A program made the translations under genes and the position numbers. Below the pieces are notes generated by a model, which made no database searches, had not been told where the DNA came from, and worked only from the letters and a program-made list of their open reading frames with translations. Of a DNA stretch of 64,000 nt, positions 1 to 13,090 are shown one piece after another (the first letter of the stretch is position 1; the number at the start of each line of letters is the position of its first letter). The DNA comes from the human T2T-CHM13v2.0 reference genome, Homo sapiens, in the NCBI RefSeq assembly GCF_009914755.1, contig NC_060925.1; one strand, 5' to 3'.

Positions 1-510
1 CGGCTCCACAATCATCTTCTTCAGTTTCCAGGACATAAAGCACTTGCTAGGACCAGTGAAATGAGGGCCAAAATAGCCGTTGTGAGGAAGCTACTTGAAA
101 TCTTTGCAGCCCATTCCACAATATATTCATCCCAAGCCATTATATCAAACATCTTTGAATGGGTTTTAGGACAATATGCTTGAGTAGTGATCCCTAACTT
201 TATTCTAGGATGGTTCGTGAGCTAATCACAATTTCATGATGCTTGGTTGTTTGTTTTCTTTAGTTCTACTGTATCTCTAAAGTAAAGGTTTAAATCCTAC
301 TGGAGCCACAGACCCCAAGGACTACATTTACCTCTTACCCTCAGCTTTGGCAAGTGTAAGTCCCTGGTCTCACAGCTGGGCAGCAATCACAGAGCATAGA
401 GTCCCCAAAGCAAGGCAGTAACTGTCTCAGCTGGGCACCCAGGCAAAATCATGGCAGCAACTGCAACCTGCGTTTCCTATCTCTGGCCCAGGCCAGGGAC
501 TCAGAATCCC
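1..510 (-). pseudogene. SMIM15P: SMIM15 (C5orf43) processed pseudogene; runs off the left edge of the window
   Basis: Minus strand from ATG at 152 reads [38 protein letters not shown], versus remembered SMIM15 [38 protein letters not shown] (27/38 identical). A 1-nt deletion follows, then SWKLKKMI in the shifted frame (SMIM15 SWKLAKMI). The GC-richer, TG/CA-rich 153-510 looks like a CpG-decayed 5'UTR; the 510 boundary is approximate. Confidence 0.88.
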
Positions 511-2419
511 AATTAACAGATTTTATTAAAAGTATGTTATGATGTTTCTACATTTGGTAAGATAATATCAATCCACACCTTGTTTATATTTTGTTAATTT
601 ATTTTTATTATAAAAACAATATAATAGAATGTTTAGGTTGTACAGAGCTAGATATGTTCATTTCTCAATTGATTCCACATTGGTATCATTTCTAATAAAA
701 ATACTTTAAAAACTATTGTTTACTTATTTTTATTCTGTTACTTGTATTTATGATTAGATGATTGCTTTTACATTTTATTCCATATAATTTCCTCAAATGT
801 TAGCCAATTGCCCCAACATTGTTTTAAGAAAAAAGTAACTCTTTCGCATTGATTTTAAATACTTCATGTATTGCATATTGAATAAAATACATGTCTGCTT
901 ATGAGCCTTCTTACCATTACTTTTTTCAGAACACTAAGTTCCAAATCAAAAATCCAATAAAATTCCAGTACTTTCAGAAATTCAGTACTTAAAATGCCTC
1001 TTAGACAATAGTCAGCATGCATTAAATGGTTTTCACAAAATCTCTTCACAAACTGTATCCTCCTTTAGACTTTATCCTCACTTAGTCTACTTTTAAAAAA
1101 ACAAATTAATGTCATTTAATTTTCCTAGGTAATTTTGTATCTCATTTACATATTGATTATAAATCATACCCAACTTTTACAACTGAGCAACACCTTCAAT
1201 ATTACTGAAACATAAAAATTCATTAAAGTTCCCACACTTTTACTTTCTTTTGAGAACTACAATGTCCACAAGGTAAAATAATACTGTTTTTCATGTTCTA
1301 CTGAAGAAAAAACAGTATCAATTGCTTTTTATACTTTTTCACTTTTAGTAAACACCAGGTGTGACTTACTGTACAAGAGTACCTAAAGCCAGTCGGAGAA
1401 CATTTTATGTTGTGATTAAAGGTTCTTTAAATGCATTTCCTGTAATACCAATTCCTCAAAGCTACACCTATAACTTCAACCAGATGCTAATTCTTTGAAC
1501 TGTAATTAACAGTGTGACACTTATGAAGTAATTTTTAGAATGATTACAGTCACTGTACTTTTATTCTCCAGAAGTGCTAAGTACTGTAATCATCACCTGT
1601 TCACGGCAAGTCTTATTGCACCACAGGCTATTAACAACGAATGGCCCTGTTTAACCAAAGCTTCATTCCTAATGAATTATCAGTAACTGGGTTTTTATGT
1701 CCAAAAAATGAACTGTCAAATCCTGCTTCTCTTTTATGATGTGAACTCATTCTCATATATAAAATGTGTTTTTAAAAAACCTAATTATTTTGGTGAGTGT
1801 GACTCTTCAAAAGTATTTTACATTTGTACAAATAATCTTTTAAAAATTACACAAGTAATCTTGGAAATGTGTGTAATTCTCCCTAAAAAAATAAACGGAT
1901 ACACTGTAAACCTTTTCATTCTGTATTTTAACATAAGGTAAAATTAACTTAGGAGAGAGGGTGTATGAAGTTTGACCCATGTGTGCATTTATATAAACAT
2001 ATCAATAAACCCTACTTCTGAAAGGACCAAAACACTAGGTAGGGTAGGTTTTGTTTTTCCCCTTTTTTCCAAATGTAAAATAGACTCTGAAAGATTGAAT
2101 AATTTGTCCAGTCACGTGTCTCATAATCAGCAAGAACTCACGTAATCTAAGTAGAAATCTACCAAAGCTTTCAAAGAGGTGATGGAAACTTTCTGTACGG
2201 CAGTCTTTCTTTGTTGATTAGCTTGATTATGTGATCCACCAGAGCACTGTTCTGACTTCATATTCTTTATTTCTCATAACAGAGGATCAGGGCATGCAGC
2301 AGTGTGCAAAGGATAGCCTAGTAGCTCCACGCTGGCATGGGCGAAGCCATCTGCCTGTGCTGAAACTCTGAATTGCCACATGTTAAAGCTAAAAGTGACA
2401 CCAAAGGAGAAGCCACTTC

Positions 2420-2650
2420 TGATTGTTCCACTCTGCATTCCAACACCAAGAACCATATCCAGCAAACAGTAGGTGCTCAGTAAGTGTTCATGGAATGGCT
2501 GGGTAATTTATTTGTTTTTCTATGCCTTATTTTCTACTTTTATGGTGATAATAATGGTACTAAATGTATCCTAAGGTTGTTATAAATGGTATCTGAGGTG
2601 ATATTTTAGAGCATTTAGCACATTATAATCAGCAACGAGTATTAATGATT
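2420..2650. mobile_element. L2 3' end plus MIR fragment
   Basis: cagtaggtgctcagtaagtgttcatggaatg resembles the L2 tail; aaggttgttataaat...gagcatttagcaca resembles MIR. Confidence 0.5.
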
Positions 2651-3539
2651 CTTTAATTCAGAAAATATTCATTATGCTCTTAATCTATAATGTAATTGGA
2701 GAGAGAAAGATTCAAATAGTTCATTGAATGTCAAGGGCATTTATAGTTGAGAAACCATTTTCTCTTTAATCAGTGCAAATTACATTTATTGTTGCTCTTT
2801 TATTTTGCTCTTATCAATACAAAACCGTGTTTACTTTGGGGATGCTATCTTCAATGATCTCACAACAGTCAAGAAAGGGAGGTACACCAAGGGCTGCAGA
2901 GCCCCAGACTGAAGAACTCCTAAGAGAATTTAATAGGTTGTCTCAGACAAGGTCTAGTATTAGAGGCCATAGCACTCACCTGGTGGTATACTACCTTAGG
3001 TACAAGGAGCCCAGCAAACTACAAGGGCACACATACCATAGACAGGGAAAAATAAAGCCATCTTTTTTTTTTCTTTTCCTCTTCTGATTTTTTTTAAATT
3101 TTTTAATTACAAATGAGAAAAATTTGAGCCCAAGGCCAGAGAAGGCAGGTCTAAGTAGCAGAGGAGGGAGAGCATCAGAGTCCCTGCCCTGGGAAACCAA
3201 AACAGTGGCTAGTTGTTTTTGAAGTCTATCACCCAAGTCACCCAAAGTGGGTGTCCAGGACCAAATTCCCAAGATAACCATGCTTCCTCATCCTCCTCTC
3301 CTGGGAGTATGTAGTTTGGGTAAGACTTTGGAATGTCTGGAAATCCTGCTTCCACAAAGCCAGGCATCAGTGATGAGGAACATCCCCCAACCCCCAGGCA
3401 CTTTCTATCCTGGAAAGGTGAAGAGCTTGAATTTAGGCAAGAGAAGAAAAACTTTCTATAATATAATTAATAATTGGAAGAATTGTTGATATTTACAAAT
3501 GCAGTTGTTTTTTTTACATTGATCTCAAATGGAGTAATC

Positions 3540-3830
3540 TTATTAAATATATATACTTAATCTAAACATTTACTTGTAGGTAGCTTTTAGATATTTTGTG
3601 CAGGCATGCATATCTTTTCTGAGTAAAGACAGATATATGGTTTCCTTTTCAATTCTTAGATTTTAGTTAATTAACATTGTTATTGCACTTGGCTAGACTC
3701 TCCAGTACAGTGTCTAATCAAATTTGGGAAAGTGAATATCCTTGAACTGTTTCCTTAGATAAGAATTGTTCCCGAGTTTAAATACTCATCTAAGGGGGTG
3801 AAACAGCCTTCAGTATTTTAACATTCAGTA
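3540..3830 (-). mobile_element. Old L1M ORF2 fragment
   Basis: ttattgcacttggctagactctccagtacagtgtctaat...gaatatccttg resembles antisense L1 ORF2. Confidence 0.55.
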
Positions 3831-4034
3831 TTAACAATTAATATTAAATTAAAATTAATTTTTGCTTTAAATAATAACATATTTTATTTATTTTAATATT
3901 TTTATATTTAATCATCATTTTCAATGCTTACATGGGTTATTAGATTTGAATCTGTCCATTTTCTTACCTCTAATTCTATTTTTTCAGGAGAATTAGACAA
4001 TAATAATATATATTGTTTTTATTATCTAAATGCC

Positions 4035-4525
4035 CTGGTGTCTTTTACCTAGTTTTAGTGTCTACAGAACAGAATAATCATAGCAGGAGGGAGGTAGGAG
4101 CCTGGCAGGACCAGGTGACGACAGGCCAAAACCACCAACAAGCGGCACCGACAGTAACCTCTAGTTGCCCTGGCTGCTCATCAGCACAGGACATTTCCAC
4201 CAGGGCTATGATAGTTTATGAATGCCATCGCAACGTATGGAAGTCACCACCCATTTCCATGGCAACAGCTGGAAATTAGTGCCCATTTTCTAGCGATTGA
4301 TGAATAACCTGCCCCTTTATTTGTATGCCATCAAAGTGGGTATAAATACAACTGTCAACTGCCCATTGCCTGTTCTAGCCACTTTGCTTATGCGCTAGCC
4401 TTGCTCTGCAAGGAGCAGTCACAGAACTGTTAACACTGCCACCACCTTAATAAAACTGCTTTCTTCCATCACTGGCTTAATCTTAAATTATTTCCTGGGT
4501 GACGTCAAGAATCTGCCCTGCATCA
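4035..4525 (+). mobile_element. MER41-family (ERV1) solo LTR
   Basis: MER41-like core (aaaccaccaac...aacctctagttgccct...ccatggcaac), TATA at 4341, AATAAA at 4449, ends gccctgcatca. The 5' boundary is uncertain. Confidence 0.7.
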
Positions 4526-4802
4526 AAAGGATTAAAGATTAACCAGAGACTGCTCTGTTTCTCTACGTATTACCTTATAGATTTTTTAACCTCTTTTACT
4601 ATTTTTTCATAATTAAATCAAGATATTTATATACAACCTGTATAAGGATTGTTGATTATTTGTACATTTTAATCTACATAATTTGATCATTAGACAGTAA
4701 ACAAATAAATATAAGGTGCTATTTAAGGAAATGCAGATGACTTGAATTTCAGCAATTCTGCATTATACTCTTGTATCAATATACTTAGTATCGATAATTC
4801 TG

Positions 4803-5012
4803 CAACTGGCTCTTGAACAACATGGGTTTGAATTTATATGAAGATTTTTTAAACTAAATGCAAATTCAAAATGCAGTATTTGTGGAATGTGAAACTCACA
4901 TACAGGGAGAACAGACTTTTTGTCAATGCAGGTTTTCACTGCTGGACTTACGTGCAGATTTTGTTATACAATGGTCCTGAATAAATCCTCCACATATACT
5001 GAGAGATGACTA
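4803..5012 (-). mobile_element. MER8 (TcMar-Tigger MITE)
   Basis: Termini caactggctcttgaacaacatgggtttgaa and catatactgagagatgacta match the reverse complement of remembered MER8. Confidence 0.75.
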
Positions 5013-6701
5013 TACTTTATTTGCTTAATTCCTGAACACAGGGAAAAAAAAACACAGTAAATGTCTCAAAATCTGACCTCTGAAACACATATGAACCCAG
5101 AAATCATCCCAAAAGTCATGGTAAACTCCACATGTACAAAAATTTACTTACTCAAAGATTTTTTTTAATTAAGTATATTTGTTATAAAACAAAACATTTG
5201 CATATAATAATCTATTTTAATACTATTATCATAGAGAAGTTACTAGATTATAAATCAGTCATCATACTTTAAAAGAATCTTTGTAATTCCTGTAATTCTC
5301 ATATCATTTAAGAAACAACTTTGTACGATGCCTACACATCCCTACTACCTAAATGACAATATGTTATATATTGTCATGTGATTGTTTCTCCATAAGAGTT
5401 TCCAAGTTCTTTGTAGGCGGACACTATGTATCATTTGTCCAAAGCATGACAGTAAATGCTTAATAAATTTTGAAACATGAGTATATTATTTTGTAATATG
5501 GTGTTCTTAATTAATTTAAAATGAATTGTTTAACTTATCTACATTTGCCCAGGTACTATCATTTAAAGGCCTTAAGATGATTTTGCTCTCATATTCATGT
5601 ACATTTCAAATTTTCAAGACATTTTCCAGTACAAGTACAAATAATGGCAAGTAATGTAATTGGTAAAGTATTGTGTATATCATTATTTTAAAGGAAAATT
5701 TGTACAATTACTCATTTGAATATCTAATGCAAACATGATACCCATAATCATATATCTAAATCTCCATGAATAGGTTCTTAAGTTTTACATTGTTCCTTTT
5801 ACTTTTTTTATTTTTTTTACATTTTGAGATTTCTCCAGAGAATTATTATCCTATTAAAAATAATTTGAGCTTTAAACATCTGTTTATTATCACAATATTT
5901 GTCTGAAAATTAATGTGTTTCCACATTAAAAATAATTTTAATATTCAGTTACCATGAAGCTCTGTGTATTAACATTTTTCCTTCTGGATTGAGTAACCAT
6001 TTAAATTATTTGTGGTATAAAATTGGTTGAAATAATTATATTACAAATATTAATTGACAAGTTATTGCTGAGAATTTATCTACTAATAAAATAAAATGTA
6101 TTATTAGTAATTTATTTACCCATTTTTATTACTTACTGCCAGAGTAATAAAAGTATTATCGTTCTACATTTATTTTTCTTTTTCTATTTTATGTGTTTAG
6201 AGTAACTTTGTTCAAATTTCTAGATGAATAGTCATAGATTTTTAGTAGTGTCACTCAATTTTTCCAACTATTAAAAAACAAGACAGAATCAATCAGTGAT
6301 CTATCTTTAAAATGTTAAAAGATATCAAAGATTATTTTATTATTCTTAAATTTGCTAAAAGCTAAAAATTATAATGAACCTGTGTTGTTGAAATAGTCTC
6401 TTGGAATTCATTAAACTAATTCGTTTTTCATTTTCTCCTCACCCACACTAACATTTCAAATTACCTTATAATTTGAACTTCTAGTGATTTTCTGACCCCA
6501 GAAAAATGGACTACAGTAAGATTAGTGATGCATTGTATGTGTGTTTATGTGTGTGTGTAGTAACAGAAAGGCGGAATGTGAAACGGAAAATAAAGCAGCA
6601 TCTTCATGGTGATCCACAGTAGCCTCTTTGCTTTTATAACAAATACCTTTTTAAAACAGCCTATCACAATTCAGAAAAAATTAATTTCTCTAAAGGTATT
6701 T

Positions 6702-6964
<263 letters not shown>

Positions 6965-7172
6965 TTATGATATATGTATCTCCAGTTTGATGTTTATCAG
7001 TAATAAGTAACTTAAATATGAGGACAGTATGTTCAGAGTGCTACAGGGATGCATCATTCATGTAGTCAAATTCAAGAGAATGTCTCCTAGTTCAACTATG
7101 AATAATTACGGAAGAAAACATTATTTGGAAAGCATTTTTCAACAAAATCCCATAAAGACTATTTTATTGTAT

Positions 7173-7536
7173 TCACATGGTTTGGCTCTGTGTCCCCAAC
7201 CCATATCTCATTTCAAATTGTAATGCCCATGTGTCAAGGAAGGGACATGGTGGGAGGTAATTGGATCATGGGGGCATTTTCCCCCATGCTGCTCTAGTGA
7301 TAGTGAGTGAGTTATCATGTGATCTGAGAGTTTTATATGGCAGTTTTCTCTGCTCTCTCTTGCACTTGCTCTCTTGCCTGCTGCCATGTAAGACATGCCT
7401 GCTTCCCCTTCCACCATGATTGTAAGTTTCCTGAGGCCTCCCCAGCCATGCAAAACTATGAGTCAATTAAACCTCTTTTTACAAATTACCCAGTCTTGGG
7501 TAGTTCTTTATAGCAGTGTGAGAACAGACTAACACA
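7173..7536 (+). mobile_element. THE1D-like MaLR solo LTR
   Basis: Starts tcacatggtttggctctgtgtcccc, ends gactaacaca; 5-bp TSD TGTAT at 7168-7172 and 7537-7541. Confidence 0.9.
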
Positions 7537-7541
7537 TGTAT

Positions 7542-7700
7542 CCTCACAATTAGCCTATGATATTATTCTAGATATTATTCTAATTATCCTTCTTTTTTAG
7601 ATGAGACGTGTGCACAGTTTCTCATAGCAGCTAGGATGTGGTACTGCTAAGGCTTAAGCCCAGGTTTGTCTGAATCTAGAACATGTGTTTCTGTTTTTGA
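7542..7700. mobile_element. MIR fragment
   Basis: cctcacaat...ttttagatgag...aagcccaggtttgtctgaatctaga. Confidence 0.55.
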
Positions 7701-7975
7701 ACTGACTCTACAACTCTCCTAGAATAGCCATTGTAATTTGGGAGCATTATGGAATTACTGTCACAATACTAGTTTAAAATTATTTCTATCCATTTGGAGA
7801 TAATGATTTAATTAAACGAGTAACATGAATTTCTAACATACTAATTTCTTTAACTTCATAAAGCTCATACATAGAATGAAATTAGTTTATTAGGTATTAT
7901 TAGTAATAGTATTATATTAAATGAATTATCTGAGCTGCTCTCTTGATACCATTTTTAAAAAATTATTCATGGTTG

Positions 7976-8265
7976 GGCCAGGCGTGGTGGCTCACGCCTA
8001 TAATCCCAGCACTTTGGGAGGCCGAGGCTGGCGGATCACAAAGTCAGGAAATCGAGACCATCTTGGCTAACATGGTGAAACCCTGTCTCTATCAAAAATA
8101 CAAAAAAATTAGCCGGGCGTGGTGGTGGGCACCTGTAGTCCCAGCTACTCAGGAGGCTGAGGCAGGAGAATGGCATGAACCTGGAAGGCAGAGCTTGCAA
8201 TGAGCCGAGATCGTGCCCCTGCACTCTAGCCTGGGCAACAGAGTGAGACTCTGTCTCAAAAAAAT
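7976..8265 (+). mobile_element. AluY
   Basis: AluY-type positions (atcgagaccatc, ggctaac, gagaatggc, gagcttgca); TSD AAAAAATTATTCATGGTT at 7957-7974 and 8266-8283. Confidence 0.93.
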
Positions 8266-8758
8266 AAAAAATTATTCATGGTTATTTCTATAGTTCATGT
8301 AATATAACTTTTATTATTTTGGTAGTAACACTAATTGCATATTATATCTTAACAAGCAATATAACCCATCTTCATTTATTCTCCTTAGGTTGACAATTTT
8401 GTTAGTAAGCACTTTAAATCCTCTATAGCCTGTGAAAAGTAGCATGAAATATATTTGATTATAGAAATCTCACAGTAATCCAGCTAATCTTGGTCTCTCA
8501 CTTCCCTCATATTCAGGTACCCCCAGCTTTATTATTCTCATACTATACTTTATCCAGTGGATCCTAAAATGACTTCCTCAGCAAACCTTACCTACGACAT
8601 AACTAAATGTATTGCAAGCTTAGCCATTTTCCTTTAATTGTTAAATACCTAACTCATAGTCTCCCATAAGGTTAAAACAAAATGTATTTACAAGACTAAG
8701 TATATGACATATATATGTATATGTATCCAGATATATTGTGCGTATATATGCATATTTA

Positions 8759-8760
<2 letters not shown>

Positions 8761-8798
<38 letters not shown>
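8761..8798. repeat. (TG)19 microsatellite
   Basis: Perfect dinucleotide run. Confidence 0.97.
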
Positions 8799-8801
<3 letters not shown>

Positions 8802-9323
8802 ATATAAAACCATGCAATGCCAAGTACAAGCCATTTGGCATTTGGATCTGGGTTCACATTGAAAATCAAACTTAATGGACACAATAGGCTTTAAACACCA
8901 CCAGGTTTACTTAGCTTTAAGAAATAATACAAAAAAAAAACACACAATCCACAACAATATTAGTACATAAAACTCCTGTTTTTTAAGTTCAGCTCCCAAT
9001 ACCCCAGTTCTCCCAATTTTATACTTGGGCCAGGAATGATAAAGAGAGAAAGTTAAGTGTGCGTAGGTACCTCAACCCTGTGAAGTTAAGTCTGGGACTT
9101 TATCATGTTTCTTACCCAGCTAACCATGTGGCTCACTCAGATATATGTGACTGGCACTATTCTCCAGATCAGCAGCTTCTCATTAATGCCTGTTCTTAAT
9201 TACTCTATAAAAACCTTGAATATTAATTATAGGTACATGGTTCAGTGCATAGCTCTGGCTGGATTTTCAGTTATTTGGTATCAGGTATGAGTAAGCTCCT
9301 AACAATTTCTTGAAATCATGATC

Positions 9324-9767
9324 ATATGAGTTTCCTAGGGCTGCTGTAGCATATACCGTGAATTGAATGGCTTAAAGCAATGTGAATTTATCATCTCCAT
9401 ACTACAGTCCAAAATGTAGAAATCAGGTGTCAGCAAGGTTTGTTTCTTTTGAAGACATTGAGGGAGAATCTGTTTCACGCCTCTCTCTAGTTTCTGGCTT
9501 TTTGGCAATTCATGGTGACCCTTGGCTTGTAGACTTATCACTCCAATCTGTGTCTGTCTTCACTTGGCTTTCTGTTTCTGTTTCTTCTCCACTACTTACA
9601 TAAATTCTTATAACTAATTGGATTTAGGGGCCACATTAAATCCAGGATGATGTTGTCTCAAGATCTTTAATTATAGCTATAAAGATTCTTTTCCAAATAA
9701 GGCCCCATTTTGAGGTTCAGGGTGAACATGAATTTGGCTGAGGGGGTTAATTATTCAACTCATCACA
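9324..9767 (-). mobile_element. MLT1B-like MaLR solo LTR
   Basis: agtttcctagggctgctgta...gaggttcagggtgaacatgaattt...tattcaactcatcaca; possible ATCAT TSD. Confidence 0.8.
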
Positions 9768-12765
9768 ATCATGCAATGAGAATGGCCAAAGGTCAATCCA
9801 ATGTCCTTAAGTCTAGAGGGAAGATTAATAACACTTTTTAAATATGTTTCTTTTAAATTATCTTATTTTTAAGGAAGTCTTGAGACCACCTGAAATTGAT
9901 AGGCAATAAGACCAGTAGGTTAGAGTGAAGTAATATGGTAACTAGAAACATTCCATGTGCAGAGAAAGAAATTTTTGTCATTATGCTCAGTTCCATTTTC
10001 CCATCAGAAAATGAAAATTAAGAGTACCAGTAATTAAACAAAAATTCCTTAATAATTTTTACAAAACAAGGTGGGATCAAAAATCGATGCCAATTTACTA
10101 CTGAGAACTACTGTTTTACACAATTTTTAGTTTTTCATAGAAAAACATCATATTCCTCATGATATTTATGCTTATTTTTCCTTCGAAATAGTATGCTGAC
10201 AAAATATCAGTCCCTAAAACTTTAAGAGTGTGTTTACCTCACTGAATCTTTCGTCTTTTTCTTAGTGAACTTTTTGGATTTTTTTAAATAAACGCAAGCC
10301 CTAAACACTGAAATGCTATACCTATGAGGAACAATTATTTCCTTAAAAGACAACATGATGAAATGCCAGATGCAGCGTGGTAAGGGAGACCTAACTGCTA
10401 TGAAATTATTATAGTGCCATGTGATTTATTTTGAACCCCAACCATCATTTCACCATCCTGCTGTCTTCTTTATTGTTAGAGTGAATGCTTTCAGTGACAT
10501 CTTATAAATCTTTGCTTTGGCCAATATTTTTGCAGTGTCTTAACATAGAAGAGGTATGCACAGCTTTCACTACCTCCAAGATTTAGAGGTATAATTTCAA
10601 TTTAATGTGAAAAGTTTTACCTGGGTAAGTTCCATTAGCCTCTTTTGTCAAGAAGGGAATATACCTATTCATTTTCATGTACAGTTTATATATTGAGCTC
10701 CATCAACACATGAAAGGTGTTATGTAGTGTCTGCAAAGATGGGAGTTTATTGTCTTTAACTGAGCTTCCCACATGCACAAAAGTCTTCTAATAATATTGA
10801 TCTATATTTCTCTTAGTAAGCAAATGTCAGGTATATAAAAATTTATGAAATAAGGTGGCTTTTTCTCCCTATTAAAACACCTGTTGTCCAGGTAGCAGTG
10901 ATTCTACCACTTGCCACACGCAGATATGACCTTCTCACCTTGTCCTCAATGCCTTCCCATAAACTACTCTGGGAAGTATTTGATAAAACAACTTATACTA
11001 AGATCTAAGTGACTTCTAAAACTCACTGTACTGCATAAGTTATGTGTAAGAATAGTTTATAAATTAGAATGTACAGTATCATGTATAATTTTAATATTCC
11101 AATTTATATGTACATTCACATGCAGGCTGGAGGGAGCTATGTAAAAATGTTAACAATTGTCACCTCTGAGTGATGTTTTGCTTTATACATATTTATTTAT
11201 TTATCATTTTCTGAGTTTTCTACATTGAACCTATACTGCATAAACAGATGCAGGGAGAAGGAAATCCTGCTATGCCTGAAAAAACTTGTGCTGATTAAAT
11301 AATGTTTTTGCATAGTAGCTTAGTAAATGTGATTACATGAAACTTCACTAAAGAGTGTTTCCAAAGTGTGCAGGATGGGATGCAATGGCTAATATTTTGA
11401 TAGCAATATGTTGTCACTTTTGTACTCCACCAGGGTACTGTGTTGGGAAATTATTAGAAGTACTGCCCTTACTATTATTAACTCACAATTTTAGTTTAGC
11501 CAAAGAAAAAAACATTTTTTAAAGGAAAAAAAAGTAGCTTTGGAATACTTTGGGGGGTTTTTACATACAAATAAAAAAAAGCTATCCTCTCTGCCATAGC
11601 CAGTAAAGAGAGAATTGAGCTGCTATAAGTTACTTTTAAACCCAATCAAACATAATATATTGTTTTTACATTTCTAAATGAGTTATGATAGACCACTATA
11701 TTTTAGAAGCAGTTTTTCAAATAGAAAAAGCTTGTGAGTAGGCAAAATAATTGCAACCTGAAATGTCTGATGAAACAACTCAAATGTCAAAGGACAGTTT
11801 TAAGATGCACATAAGGATACCATAAAAATATAATGGATTATTTTATCTTGTAATATTCAATATAGATATCAATTTACCATCTAGATATGGTTTAGTTCAA
11901 TAGCAGCAACAAGATTCTGTCCAGGTTCAAAAATTAGCTAAACTGTTCAGTGTTTTGAGACCTCTATGCCAAGTGAAGCAATTTTCAACAGATGGTTAGT
12001 TCTACTCTATTTTATTCTTTTAATTCTATTCTAGTTTCTTTTTTTCACTCTAGGTTTTATCATAAAGGAAGAAAAAAAATCAGCAAATATTGATAATAAA
12101 GAAAACTTTAACCCAGAATAACGTTTAAATTTTTTTTGCATTTTCTCCATTTTCTATTTCATTAAGCTTTCTTCTAAACATCTACTACCCCACTATATGC
12201 TTTTGTATTTGAATATGCAAAGCATACACCATTATGTAGTCACATATATCTACTCTGCTTCCTAATAAGTTAATAAATATTCATTTAAACAATTCCTTTG
12301 ACATTCTATCACTGAATGTTCCCTAATATGCCTTCAGATTTAAAGGTCTGTAGGTTATTTACAAACAGATTAAATGAAGAAAGCAGTTAAAAGACTAGAA
12401 TACGGCAAGTAGGATATTCATTGATAGATTGTATTTAGGTCTATACTTTTGTAACTAAACTAGAAGTTGTTTTGTCACTAGGAAGACATAAACAATTATA
12501 TCTAGGGTGTTATGCATGAGTAGAAAATATATGGGTGCATACGGACATGTATTGGTATTTATGTAAATTAATTTAATCTATATCATTATTACAGTTTTAA
12601 TTTTTCTTAGGATTGTAAAACTAAAATATAAAGAAAATTGTGCCTTCATCTCAGAAGACTTTGTATTTTATTTTCATGGGTGGGAGCTAAACTTTTAGAA
12701 ATGGTGTGAAAGATAATACATTAAGCAATCAATTAAATTTTTAGATTTTAATCAGAAAAAAATTA

Positions 12766-13090
<325 letters not shown>

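Noticed and set aside
1560-1600. miR-101/miR-144 paralogue
   Set aside because: Only AGTACTGT is shared; the rest of the mature sequence and the precursor do not match.
2870-3440. GC-richer segment with overlapping ORFs as a possible exon or pseudogene
   Set aside because: Peptides are unrecognisable and cross a T-rich tract. It is more likely an old LTR remnant that I cannot assign.
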